A stretch of DNA of 64,000 bases, from assembly GCA_028023455.1 (NCBI GenBank), contig JAQFVV010000003.1, positions 7,502,001 to 7,566,000 on the forward strand. Direction: 5' to 3'. The position numbers and the translations under genes were made by a program. Below, piece by piece: positions 51,884-64,000 of the stretch; position 1 is the first letter of the stretch, and every line of letters begins with the position of its first letter. The notes beneath the pieces were generated by a model that saw nothing but the letters and a program-made list of their open reading frames with translations, did not search any database and was not told the DNA's origin. The stretch is from Epiperipatus broadwayi. Taxonomy: Eukaryota; Animalia; Onychophora.

Positions 51884-54800
51884 TATTGGATGAGTAGGCA
51901 CTAGATGGGGATTTTATGCACAAGCCTTCTGGCGTCCATTGATTACTCTAGCTTGCTGTGTGTGGCAATATATATAGTGAGTTTTCCTGTTTTAAGTTTA
52001 AAGTTTGTTTGTGTGATTTATTTGTTACATTTTCATTTACTATTATCAAACTCCCTCCAATCTCAACCCCGACATCATCCATTTTTGCTAAATACAATAA
52101 TGATTATTACTAAACATCCTCGAAACTAGAGATTATCTCTAGCACAGATATACTCTTTAAACCTCAATTAAAGATTAATATATATGATTTTTTTGAATTT
52201 ACCACATACGGAATTATTCACCTTTCTCTATCCAGTATGTAATATCTTTATAGATATAATAAACACCTCCATACTTCCCCATACTTTTTGATTTTTTGTG
52301 TACCAAAAAAAAAAAAAAAAGCTTAATAACTTTGAAGTTTGTTTTAAAATGGGTAAAAAAAAATGTTATTTTTACAAATAAAAAAGCATCATAACTTTTT
52401 AAAAAAAGTCTACTAAGTTTAACTTTTTAAAAAAACAAAAGCCAACGAAGTTTCGAGTTTGTTTGTGTGATTTATTTGTCTTTAAAATAGTGTTACTTCA
52501 TAATTATATTGATGTTATTTTTTTAAAAAAGCAGCAATACCAAAAAATGCCTACTAACTTTTGAGTTTGTTTATTGTCTTTAATTGTGTATAAAACACTG
52601 TAACTTAATCATTTTGTTGAAGTTAGTTTTTTAAAAAAGTTGCAAGCCAAAGCATAAATGTAACGATATACAGTAGAATTTTTACAATATGTTGATTTGA
52701 TTTTATCTTTATTTATTATTTGTTGGTGTTAATAAAAAAAAAAAGAAATAAAATTTGTGTTTAATTTATTTTTAAATAAAAAAAAAAGTTAAAAACCAGC
52801 AATTCAAATTGAAAAAAAAAAGGCCTGGGAATGTTCATAATCTATATTTTTTCAAAAAAACAACGACATCCCTCAGCGTGGATGTCAATAAAACAACTAC
52901 CTAATAAAGTTATATTTTCCTAATTGATTCTGTTTGGAAAACATCACGCCATCCTGCGGCATGGATATCAATAAAACAACTACTAAATAGAGATATAATT
53001 TTAAATTCTTTATCAGTTTGTAAGTTCTTTTTTTTTTCCTTAAAAAAAAGTAGTCAATCCAGGCAAAATTATTTGCTTCACTTTTTAAATGTCTCTTTTT
53101 TCTTTTTAATAAATGAAAGATAACTTCATTTTATAGAATCAAAAAAATATAAATTTCAAAATGTCTTTCTGCTTGATTAGTTAATGCTGATGAAGTAGGC
53201 AAGGTGAGATAGGAAAAGTGAATACATGAACTGCAGCCTCCCAAGCCACGGTAACTACCAGTACACAATGCCCCATGACATCACGAGAAAATACTTCATC
53301 TTTAAGCACTACCTCTCTTGTACCTAGAGAGATCATCCACAAGGAGTATCCATAGAAAAAATATCAGCCACTGAGCCAGCTCTGTTCATCTTCTATGAGT
53401 CTTTGGGGCCTATACATGAGGTCTATCCATGAGACCATGGCCTATTCATGAGTCCAATATATGCTGCTGGACTATTCTAGGAGCTCAATCATCTAGGTAT
53501 GGATAGTGCCGAGCCTACACTTTGGAGCATCATGAACACACTGCATCCGGGCAGCCCTGCTCAACTATATACCCACCATAAACATGAAAAGTGCAAATTC
53601 ACACATCACTTCCAAAATGTCATTTTACTAAAGAAATTATTTAAAATTTCATTATCATATATAACTACTCATCAACAGCTGTATATATGTTTATCTGTGC
53701 TTCTCTGCCTTTAGATACGTCAGCATATGTATAATTACTTTTTCAGCAAGCTGGGGTTCCCTGGGCAAGCTGGAAGATTTTTCTTGGTAAGTTTGGTTTT
53801 AGTTATTGTCATCATCAGGAAAAACATAATCCATGCAAAATGTTGATCTATAGTTGGTCTCTTTCTGTTTAGGATTGTTCTAGGCAAGCGGCAGTCTTGA
53901 TTTGATAGATTTCAGGCAAGCAACTATCCTCTCCACATTTAAGGCTATGACTTTCAGCACAAAGAAGTAGGTCATTTTCTTCTCCATGTGAATTCAAACT
54001 CCTGTGAAGGAAAATAGTAGCAGTTCCTGAATCTACTGTCCTACTTTCAGCTACATCAGTTCATGGTAGCTATTCTGCTAACTCTATGGTCAGCTAAAAC
54101 CAACTGCTGCAAACTTCAACAAGCTGCAGCAAAATATTGTAACTAACTGTGCAGCTGACCCGTTTTTACAAAAACTACTATCCAGACTGCAGCTGATATT
54201 TTTATCAGCCCTTTTATAGAATCATCTGAGGTGATAACAACACCTTGATTGAAAACAGAGGTTTTTTTTATCTCTATAATCCCTTTTGAAAACAAGCTTG
54301 AAAGTTTTGTCAAAGGGTGATATACATGTTTTCACTTAGGGGGTTTCTAATAGATAGAAATTTTGTTTAATTTAGAAAATTTCAAAAATAGCATACTATC
54401 AAAAAAACAAAATACCATACTTGTTTTTAAATTTCAAAATCAGAATAATAATAATAATAATAACAATATTTATATTTATTCAGATCTTTTAAAAGTTAAA
54501 TTTATAAAAAAAAAATTTATTTTAAATCAAAGTTATTATTTATTATTATTTTGTTTTAATGAATATAGAAAATATCTACTACAATTTTTGTCTGTGTTTA
54601 TTTCTACTTTTTCTTTACTTTATATATATATATGCACACGCACTATATTATTGTGTGCTATGTAACCCAACTGGTTACAACAGATATATATATATATTGT
54701 AATAGATCATGATAAATATAAATTCTGATATCTGTCATTACTTGTAGTGTTTTAAATAGATGCATATTCTATCTTTGAGCAAATGTGATGGAAAAGAATA

Positions 54801-57306
54801 AAATAAGAAGATCGAACTTGCATCTGCATCTTTATACCTATATCTATAGGCTTTATTTGGGCTAAGCAGTGCCACAGTTAAAAAATACATTATAATTTAT
54901 ATGTGCAAATATTTTTTAAAGTTTATAAATTAATTATTCACTGTAATGATGTGGAAATGTAAGAGATCATAACAAACAAAGTATTCTCCATAATGTATAA
55001 TACTCTCTATAAGTTATCTCAGTTAATATTTTAATAACACAAGATAAACACAAAAAGCTGTGACTTTGTTATAGTATTTGCTCATAAGTAAAACTGGTAT
55101 AAGCTCAAATTACTATAGATTCATGAATGATGATCTGCACTTTCTTTTATCATTGAAAACTATTAATCTGATTTAACAATCATACTATTAACAAATTTAT
55201 CTTTCATAAAGTAAATAAATGATTAAGTAGATAAATATAGTTATAAATTCACAAATATATAATTCAATAAGTGTCTATAATTCAATAAATATGGGATTCA
55301 ATGAATAGATGAATCAGTACATCATGTAAAAGAATCAAATGATGCCCTTATTGATAATTAAATGAAAATTTATTAACATCATAATATTAATCACATAACA
55401 AAAAAATAATAATAAATAAATTATATTAATTGTCATAAATTTAAAATCTCTTTTCTAATATAATCTATCTTGACTTTGTTCCCATTCTCCAAAATCTCTG
55501 CAGATTTTCCTTTTAAGACATCTACTAAATATAACTTTAAAGTTACATAAACCAATGTTTAGTAATATAGAGATCTTTTATATCAACATTCAGATATAAA
55601 TCGTAGAATTTAAGATTAGTTATGCATCTCTTTTAGATAAAGTAATGCTTTCATGTAAATTAAATTTTATATTTTCCAATATATATATATATATTAAATA
55701 TATCCTTTAGATTATTTATTAATTTTAAATATATAAACTAAATTAAATCGTAGTTACTTAACTTACATCTTACATTCATTTTAAATAATACCATTAGAGA
55801 AAAATAAAATTATTATTTAAAATTGTTAAATAAAAAAATGTAATAGATTTTTTTATTTATAAGAGTGTATTTGTTTTATACTCAGTATTTGCCAATGAAT
55901 TCAGGCATCTTTTGATGTTCCTTCAGCTGCAGTTCCTTTTTCATGTATTCTACAGAATTCCAACAATGACCAGTGATGGTGAAATTTCTATAGATATTAT
56001 CCATTGATGACTTCAGATATTTGACATTACTAGATTTTTTCTCTTTTCCCTTTCACGGTAGAGATGATTTTAGTTCGATCAGCATAGCATTAACACTTAC
56101 TCTTTGAAGAAATGATTTTATTTTACATATTGCTATTCACTTTAGTCATTGTCTTGAAAATATCAATTAAATGGACCTTATGAAATCTATCCCAGTATCA
56201 TTATTATCTGTCAATAACTTAATAAAATGTTAAATTTATTGGATATAAAAAAATGATCTAATATTATAAAGAAGGGACAAACTTCTGGTCATGTGCTTTT
56301 ACGAATTTACATGTATTTGCCTCTGAGAAAGTATAAGTGTATGCTTATGCTTAGAGCTTATTTGTTTATAAGCTAATCTTTTCTCATCATGCTGAAGTCA
56401 GGGCCTTAATCTATTATATACCTGAATTATAAATTAAGTGAATTGTACAAATTTATTCATTCTGTAGCAGGAGAGAAATAGAATCTCATTTTAACTACCT
56501 ATGATTAAAAATATTAACTAATATGATATTTTTTTAAACAACATTAACAAAGTTCTATTTGGTTACTAGTCAGTGTTGTTTTATTTATAAAAAGAATTGC
56601 TTGTGAAATTCTTATTCTTAAATATTATTCAATATGATTATTTTTCTCGCAATTCAAATAAAATATTTTTAAAACAAATATATATATATAATATGATTTA
56701 TTTATTATTTTATTCACATTTATGTTCATTCTTTTATTTATATTGAGTTTAAACCTTGTATCTAACTAATATCATTATAATTATTTTAATCTATTTTAAC
56801 ATTAAATAAATTAAATATTCCATAAACAAATGATTCACCATTGTTTTCTTTATTTATAACTTATTAAAATGATTCCTATCTTTGAACTTAAAAGTGAATT
56901 TAATAAAGTAAATGGACATGTGACAGGCCTACCTGTTACAATATATATATATTAGGTATAAATATATTTATCTTATACATATTATTAGAGTAAAAAATTG
57001 TGTAGACAAGATTGTAAGAAAGGAAAAGAAAATGGATGGATAATATTTAAGAATGGTTAAAGATTGATTCTAACAATATTATTCATAATTCTACAAATTC
57101 TTATATGATAATATCAATTTTTTTTTTTTGTCTAAATTATAATCTGCCATAAATTTACATTTTTTCAGTTTTTATTCTCAATTAAATGCCTACAGTATTT
57201 TTTTAAATTTTTTTATGTTAATTTGAATATTATAATGCATCTAATAGTTTTAAACATTGGTATTTAATATATTATGTATATGTGTATGTTTATATTTTTT
57301 TTGCAG

Positions 57307-57418
57307 TGAAAATTCAGTTATTGTAGATGCTGTTAAATTAAGAGATTTGTTCACAAAGGCCAGATTTGCTCGATGCCGAGCTAGATTTCCTGTTCCTGTA
57401 ATATTATTTGATGGAAAA
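57307..57418 (+). CDS. MTMR14: MTMR14 coding exon 4
   Basis: TTGCAG|T acceptor completes the phase-2 Gly. Encodes ENSVIVDAVKLRDLFTKARFARCRARFPVPVILFDGK (cf. ARCRGRFVCPVILFKGK). 112 nt, donor GTAATC. Confidence 0.96.
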
Positions 57419-57496
57419 GTAATCTTTTTTTTTTTGTTTTTCCTTTTTCCTTTTTAAATAACTATTTTTTATGCAAATATTTTTTTTTTTTCTCAG

Positions 57497-57572
57497 TTTG
57501 TTTGCCGTTCTGCAACATTATCAGGAGGTCCTGAAATTTATGGAAGGACAGGATATGATCTTCTTTTTTCTG
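57497..57572 (+). CDS. MTMR14: MTMR14 coding exon 5
   Basis: Follows a 78-nt GT-AG intron. Encodes FVCRSATLSGGPEIYGRTGYDLLFS+G (cf. ICRSATLAGWGELYGRSGYNYFFSG). 76 nt, donor GTTAGT, phase 1. Confidence 0.96.
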
Positions 57573-60500
57573 GTTAGTTATTTATTTATTTCTGCAATTT
57601 TAATCATATAATTACATAACCATTTTCCTAAAATTTAACATATTTTACCTCATATAACCTTGAACAGAATATATAAAGGAAATATAGGAAATTAGTGTGC
57701 TTATTTAGGAGTGGGCAGTGGGAAGGAGTCAAGAAATATTTTAAATCTTATCCTTGATATGAGAAAGAGTGAAAATAATTACTTAGTTTTATAATAATCA
57801 AACAATAATATTTAAACAGCATTAAACTGTTGCACATGCGCTTTGGATTTTAAATATAAAATGAATGAATACTAACACTTCAACCACATGATAAAGTCTT
57901 TGGAAAAGAAAATTGATATCTTGCAACAAAACAGTCAATGATTTTCATTATAATGATATAAACTCATTATGTTAAGAAGACTCAAAAAATGGTATTCTAG
58001 TATTGATGATGATCAGATTTACCACTGATTTTAATACTATATTGTCTAATGCCTGCCTTTAGATAGATAACATATATGTATATGTTTCTAGAAGTTAGTT
58101 ATCTATCACGAGTGATTTTTTTAAACTGCATTTCATTATGTAATGTTTAACATATATCTAAACTTGGATTTTTATGAATCTATGGTTTATCTTACTTCAA
58201 TACTCTTCTTTTACATATATACATATAAAAAGTCCTCATGATAATTTTTTGTATATATTCTTGCCATGTTTATGATACTGAATTCGAATGTATGTAGAAC
58301 TTGTGAGATTTTTTCACTTAGCTAAAAAATTTTCTTGAAAGTGTGATATCCTCAGTATGATATTCATTTATTGGGAGCAAATAATTTTACCTAAATAATC
58401 TAATCTTGATGAACTAGGAAGTAAAAATACTGAAGCCCTCACTGACTTATTTTTAATTAGTGTAATGAAGAAAAACATCTCTTTACTTTGTCTTAATAGA
58501 AGAATACTGGAGAGGTCTTTACTCTGTAGTAGATGTTTTTTTTACTTATATGTAAAAATATATAACAAAGGAGTTTATTTTAAAACAGTTTGATAGGTAT
58601 TATTTATTTTAATCTTTTTTATTATTATTATTAATACTTCAACATAAAAAAGTTCATTATTTTCCTCTTTTTCTTTTAACTGAAAAATTTTCATTATTAT
58701 TATATTTTGATGTTTTGACTGAATTTAATTTTCCATCCTCAGTCATAATTACAAAAAAATTTGAAAATGAACATGATAAACAATTAATAGTTATAATTAC
58801 ATAAATGTAATAAACCAAAAACTTAACATTATTTATAACTCTCAAAATATTTTAATCTTTGCAATATTTAACATTATATAAACATTAAAAAAATTAAGTT
58901 TATATATATATATTATAGAGCAGTGATGTGCTATCTATAGACGCATTGCTTTACCTTAATATAATTACATCTTTTTTTAAATTTTTCTCCTATAAAAAAT
59001 GACAAAATGAAAAATTTATTAGCAATTTAAATATTAATTTGAAATCTAATTTTTAAGGTTTTTTTTTTTTTTACTGCTATGGATAATAATTTCTCTGTTC
59101 AGTTGAACCATCACAATATTTTTTAAATAAAATAGTATTGAAAAAATATATATTTTGAAATATAATGTAATGTATATATTGTGACTTATTGCAAAGATTT
59201 AAATATTTTGAATGTTACAAATAATAATCTGTATGGTTTTAGATTTACACATGTATGCAATTATCATTATTAATCGTTTTCAATTTTTCATTGTAATTAT
59301 TTATTTTGGATAATCAACTAAATTGACTTAAAACAATAAAATATAGTTACAAAAAAATGTTTTCCAGTTGAAAAACTAAAAAAAGAATATGTGGTTGTTT
59401 ATAATTTTATTGACATTTATAATAATAAAAAAATATGAAGAATATTATGAAAGATTGGTTTTTACTTTTACAATTTTATTGATATTTGTAATAGGAAAAA
59501 AACATAAAGGAGTTTTATGGAAGATTTTAGCAGATTAATAAAAATTTACAATTTACACACAGACGCACGCGCTTGTGTGTGTGTGTGTATAGTTTGAGAT
59601 TGTTATTGATATTGGGATTATCTAAGTGTTGATTGCTTTTTAATAATATATAATACATTTTAAACATATGTTTTTATTTTAATTTGATACAAATATTTAT
59701 TTGATTAGTTGGCATTTTTATATTTATTTCCTAATTTTTGAAAAAAAACGTTGCATTAACAGTAAACTGTTAGGGGGAAATGTGATAACTATTAGTCTAT
59801 ATTGAATCACAGAATAATATTGCTAATAGATTATGAATGATTTTGATACATTTTGTTTATTCTTTTTTCATTGATTATTTTGTACATCAATGTTTTTTTT
59901 TTAATATTATAAAATTATGTTTGAATCTTTTATTTGATATTAATTTCTTTAAAAAGATAATTGTACTATTATTAAAACATCAGCCTCTTGTTGAATATGT
60001 GAGATGTTTTACCCATGACAATATTTATGTCAATATATATATATATATAATTAAATTACATTTATATAGTATGCTTCATTTAAATTTATAAATATACAAT
60101 TGATTCTTTTAGACGTTACTATTTGTTAATCCCTGAAAAATAGTAAAATGCAAGTCCAAGAGAAACTTTATTTATTAATATTTTTTCAAGAATTAACAGT
60201 TATTAACATCTAAATGAATATTTTATTGCTTGCTTAATTGATAATGCATTGAATTATACAGCCTATATATCTGTGTAAAGAGTAAAACAGCTTTATAATA
60301 GCCTACTGCAGTGCATAATCTCCAACAACCTTTCAAAGAGAAACTGTGAAGGGAAAAACATTTTCCAGAGATTTATATGGTGAGGGGTTTAGTTTTATCT
60401 TCTAGTTAAGAATAGCGAACCAGTTTTTTGGAGGAAAATTTTTTTTATCTTTTTAAAATCTAAAAAATTTTTTAAAGCTCTTGATCTGTTGAACTTAAAC

Positions 60501-61321
60501 TGTGAACTAATAAATTATTATGCTATTATATTGTGAGACTTCTCGTATATATATATATATGATTTTTTTCTTCATATATTTTATTTTTAATAAATTTCAG
60601 AATTACTAAAATAGATTTAGATTATTTCACAATACTTCAAACTACATGAAAGACCTGCTAAGAAGATATAAACAGATAATAGAATCTTTTTAAAAGTCAT
60701 ACATTTTATTAACCATAGTAAGTTTACATGGAATATAGATTTATGTTGATTCAAGTTTTATGAAAATGTCCTTCAGTATATTAGATCTGACATTCAGAAA
60801 TTTCTTATTGAGCTATATTCACTACTTCATATTTGTTTCATTCTTATTCCATGTTTGGTTAATCGGAATCTGTAACTTAATATGACTATTGCTAACATTG
60901 GTCAGCGCTATATTCAGGATATGAGAAAAATTGGATATATACTAGATGTCTATCATATTGAAAGTCTAAAAATTGAGTTTTGGCTTTTTCTTTACCTAAA
61001 AGAAAAATCTTAAATTTTTTTGGAACCTGAAAAACTTTCTAATGTTCATCTGACCTTGATTCAAACCCAGATTGTGGACATAGCAGACATTTTTTTCATT
61101 AAAGTATTTGTTAAAAATGTCTTTTTTTTTTAGGTGTCTTTATCATTATATTTATAGTTAAACAATTACAATCTTCTTACACCTTTTAAGCAAAAAATAT
61201 TTTTATAATTAGTGTAATTATATTTATAGTTACATATACTTTTTAAATTTTATTACATTATTTTATTTTTATGTTTAATCTCTTTTAATTTTTTTTCAAT
61301 GTTCTGAATGAATTTTTTAAG

Positions 61322-61382
61322 GTGGGGAAAGTATTCCTGCTGAAGATGATTTTGGAGAATTGCCTTTTCCTCAAGCATCAAG
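61322..61382 (+). CDS. MTMR14: MTMR14 coding exon 6 (gene continues beyond the window)
   Basis: TTTTTTAAG|GT acceptor fits phase 1. Encodes (G)GESIPAEDDFGELPFPQAS+AG, an acidic linker at the expected position. 61 nt, donor GTAATT. Poorly conserved sequence, so the call rests on splice sites and phase. Confidence 0.75.
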
Positions 61383-62026
61383 GTAATTTTTTATTTTAGA
61401 AAATAATTCAAAATTATCAAAGCTCTTGTTAGAATTGGAGTTATTAATTTTTTTTAAAAAAGTTAAAATTTATATCCTGTATAAAATTTAATGAAAGAAA
61501 TATATTCATTGTAAACAGATTTTAAATAGCTGGAATCTACATATATTTGTTATTTTAATAGTTATTGTGGTTAACACTCAATCATGACAGACAAATCTAA
61601 ATTATGAATCTAATTTGCATTACAACCAGGACTTTTTTTGTCATGTATCATAGTGGAACGGTGATCTGGCACCTTTTTTAGTGTACTTTTAATGTTTCAA
61701 GCATAATTAGATGAAATAATATCCCCCATACATAATTATAATCCATATTTATATAATTCGAACAAATAAAAAAATATGGTGCTTTATGAATCAGATGAAA
61801 TATTGATGGATTCAAAATTGGCGCTCTCATATAATGAGAAGTAGACTCATCCACATCCCCATTGATCACTCGTGGGCAACGATTGATTACAGCAATGCAT
61901 GGGTAACCGGTAATATTTGACATTTGTGATTGAATGTACCTGCTTAGCAATTGACAATGGGTAGAATATTTAATTTCTTTATTTTTGCATAAATCTGATG
62001 TTATTTTTATTTTATTTATTTTTTAG

Positions 62027-64000
62027 TGTAAAAGTTTACCCCAAGTTTAAAAATGAAAAACATTTTCAGTTACTTCTCGACTGTCAAAGTCCAAAATGAT
62101 GACAGAAAAATATGGAAATATTGGTGCAAGTTGATGTTCCAGAATCATCTCAAGTAGATCTTGAAATGCAATACCGAACTCAAAATGATTGGCTGGATTG
62201 CTAGTCATTGAATCAAAAAAATGATTTACGCTCAAAAAATGAATGGTTGAACATGCACAAAATGAAACTTGGCTGGACACCTTGCAGAAACATTAGAACT
62301 CTTGGAAATGAAGCAACAATGGGAATGAAAATTTCCCAAGAATGGGCCAACAATATCACCTATTTTGGGAAAGATAGTAACTTACAATTGATCTCACTTC
62401 AAAAGCAGTGTATTTTTTAAGCCGAAAAAAGGAACATTGAAAACATTTTTTTAAAATCATTATCTCGTGAAAAAGTAATATCATCAAAAATTTTCAAACT
62501 GCATGTAAAGTAGCACAAAAAAATCAGTCATTCTCTATTTTTAAAAATAAAATTGTATCTGCAAGAACTGAATGGAATTGAAATGAGTCATACTCTTCAT
62601 TCAACAAATGCATGCATTAATATCATGAATCATATAAGTGATGAAATGAGAAAAAATGTATTTAAAGAAATTGTTCAATCGAAAAATATAATTGCATTGA
62701 TAATTGATGAATCAATTACCACAAGCAAAAAAAAAAAAAACACTCTTATTGTGTTTATTTGATGCTATATTGAAAGTGTTGAAATGAATTCATCAATTAA
62801 TTTATTTTTAGACTTGATTGAACTTTAAAACGTAACAGCAAAAGGAATATTTGTCTTGAATTTTAAGATATGTCAGAAGATTATTTTAAAAAAGGTTTAA
62901 TTTCAGTTGCATGTGATGGTGCTGCTGTGATGTTATGATGTAAGAGTGGAGTGAAAGAATTGCTGACACAAAAATTTCCTTCCATTATAATTTGGCATTT
63001 TGCTAATCATAGATTAGAATTATCAGTAAGTGATGCTGTAAAAAAAATTTCAGGAATCAATACATTCAAACCATTCATGGGTAAACTTTATGTTTTATAC
63101 TATATGTTACTGAAAGACAATAGAGAGTTACATAAATGTGCAAAATCACTGGACATTGAGTTGCTAAAAATTGGAAGAGGTTTAAGTACTAGATGCATTA
63201 TTTTGAAGAAGCAATGAATGATCTTATAAGAGATAAAAATGATAAATGTACTTACAGTGACTTAAAGAACAAAATAACATTTACAGCTTTTTTATTGGAT
63301 CCTACAACAGATAAAAATGATAAATGTACTTACGATAGCTTAAAGTAAAAAATAACATCTACAACTTTTTTATCGGAGCTTATATTGATGTGTGATGCTC
63401 TCCAAGAATTGTCAGAACTAAGTTTGGAACTATTAGATCACAGTGTGAACCTTTACATTGCAAATCGAAAAATAAATGCACTAGTTCAAGTTTTTGAAGA
63501 ATGAAAACAGAATTTTTGACCTTTTCATAAATGTGCTGTAGCTGCTGTATACAATTTGCATTTTTGTGGAGTTTTACTTCACATAAAAGTTTTAAAAAAT
63601 GATCCTCCTATTGACCCGAAAACATTTTATAATACATTGAAAGAGTCAATTAAAAAAAGGATGCTAGATAGCAAAAGTATTGAGTTTGCACTTTGGCCTC
63701 GTTTACTTAACCAAAAATATTGGCCTGAAGATACTACTGATATTCAGTTGACATTTGGAGAGATGGAAATTAGAAACATGTCAGTCAGACTACAACTAAA
63801 CGAAAAATAAATAATTCGTGGATTTTGCAAATACATTCTCAAAAAGATATATCCTGAAAAACGATTGCTTTTGATATATACTCTAAATTCTATTCCCATT
63901 TTTTGATGTGAATGTGAGTTTTCGCAAATGAATCTAATTATTATCCCAATAAGGACTTCATGAAGATCAAAACAGTTCTGACACTTGTTCATCAAACTCA
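62027..64000 (+). mobile_element. Disrupted hAT transposase (KIAA1586/ZNF862-like), truncated by the window end
   Basis: Fragments KNEWL..HKMKLGWTPCRNIRTLG, IALIIDES, VACDGAAVM, IIIWHFANHRLELSV and CECEFSQMNLII match this hAT group. Numerous stops and frameshifts. TIR not located with confidence. Confidence 0.85.
63231..63370 (+). repeat. Tandem duplication (78-bp period) inside the hAT transposase
   Basis: agataaaaatgataaatgtacttac...aaaataacat.taca.cttttt at 63231 and again at 63309. Confidence 0.9.

Larger units (their letters stand above)
51441..51992. mobile_element. Palindromic non-coding insertion with ~213-bp arms (51472-51685 and 51762-51974), bounded by a 13-bp direct repeat
   Basis: Arms are near-identical reverse complements. 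taagtttaaagtt occurs at 51428-51440 and 51993-52005. Each arm contains a hammerhead motif. Confidence 0.88.

Noticed and set aside
58913-58960. hAT-like start ttatagag|CAGTGATG
   Set aside because: No matching right TIR or second copy of the 8-mer was found.
1-64000. CRISPR arrays, rRNA or intact tRNA genes, prokaryotic operons, and the remaining 60-100 aa ORFs
   Set aside because: The sequence is spliced eukaryotic DNA. No repeat-spacer array or complete cloverleaf was seen, and the other short ORFs are low-complexity I/L/F/K/N-rich noise or antisense to TE remnants.

Overview
Very AT-rich, intron-dominated eukaryotic (probably invertebrate animal) genomic DNA. Most ORFs in the supplied track are noise or transposon debris. 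Two host genes sit head-to-head with 408 bp between their start codons. On the - strand is exon 1 of TRMU/MTU1 (mitochondrial tRNA 2-thiouridylase, SGGVDS motif); its next exon was not found in the window. On the + strand are six phase-consistent coding exons of an MTMR14/EDTP-like phosphoinositide phosphatase (13661 to beyond 64000). The introns contain a decayed L1/Tx1-like LINE, a decayed RTE-like LINE, several Penelope-like (PLE) remnants, an actin pseudogene fragment, a hAT MITE with a perfect 8-bp TSD, two independent solo-LTR-like insertions with 4-bp TSDs in opposite orientation, tRNA-derived SINE heads and a broken KIAA1586/ZNF862-type hAT transposase. The most unusual signal is a high density of long palindromes. 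One is a ~2 kb inverted duplication of a Penelope GIY-YIG end. Two others belong to a non-coding family whose arms carry minimal type I hammerhead ribozyme motifs (CTGATGA...GAAAC-TA-GTC), one per strand, and one of these insertions is flanked by a 13-bp direct repeat. All alignments were done by eye and no searches were run.
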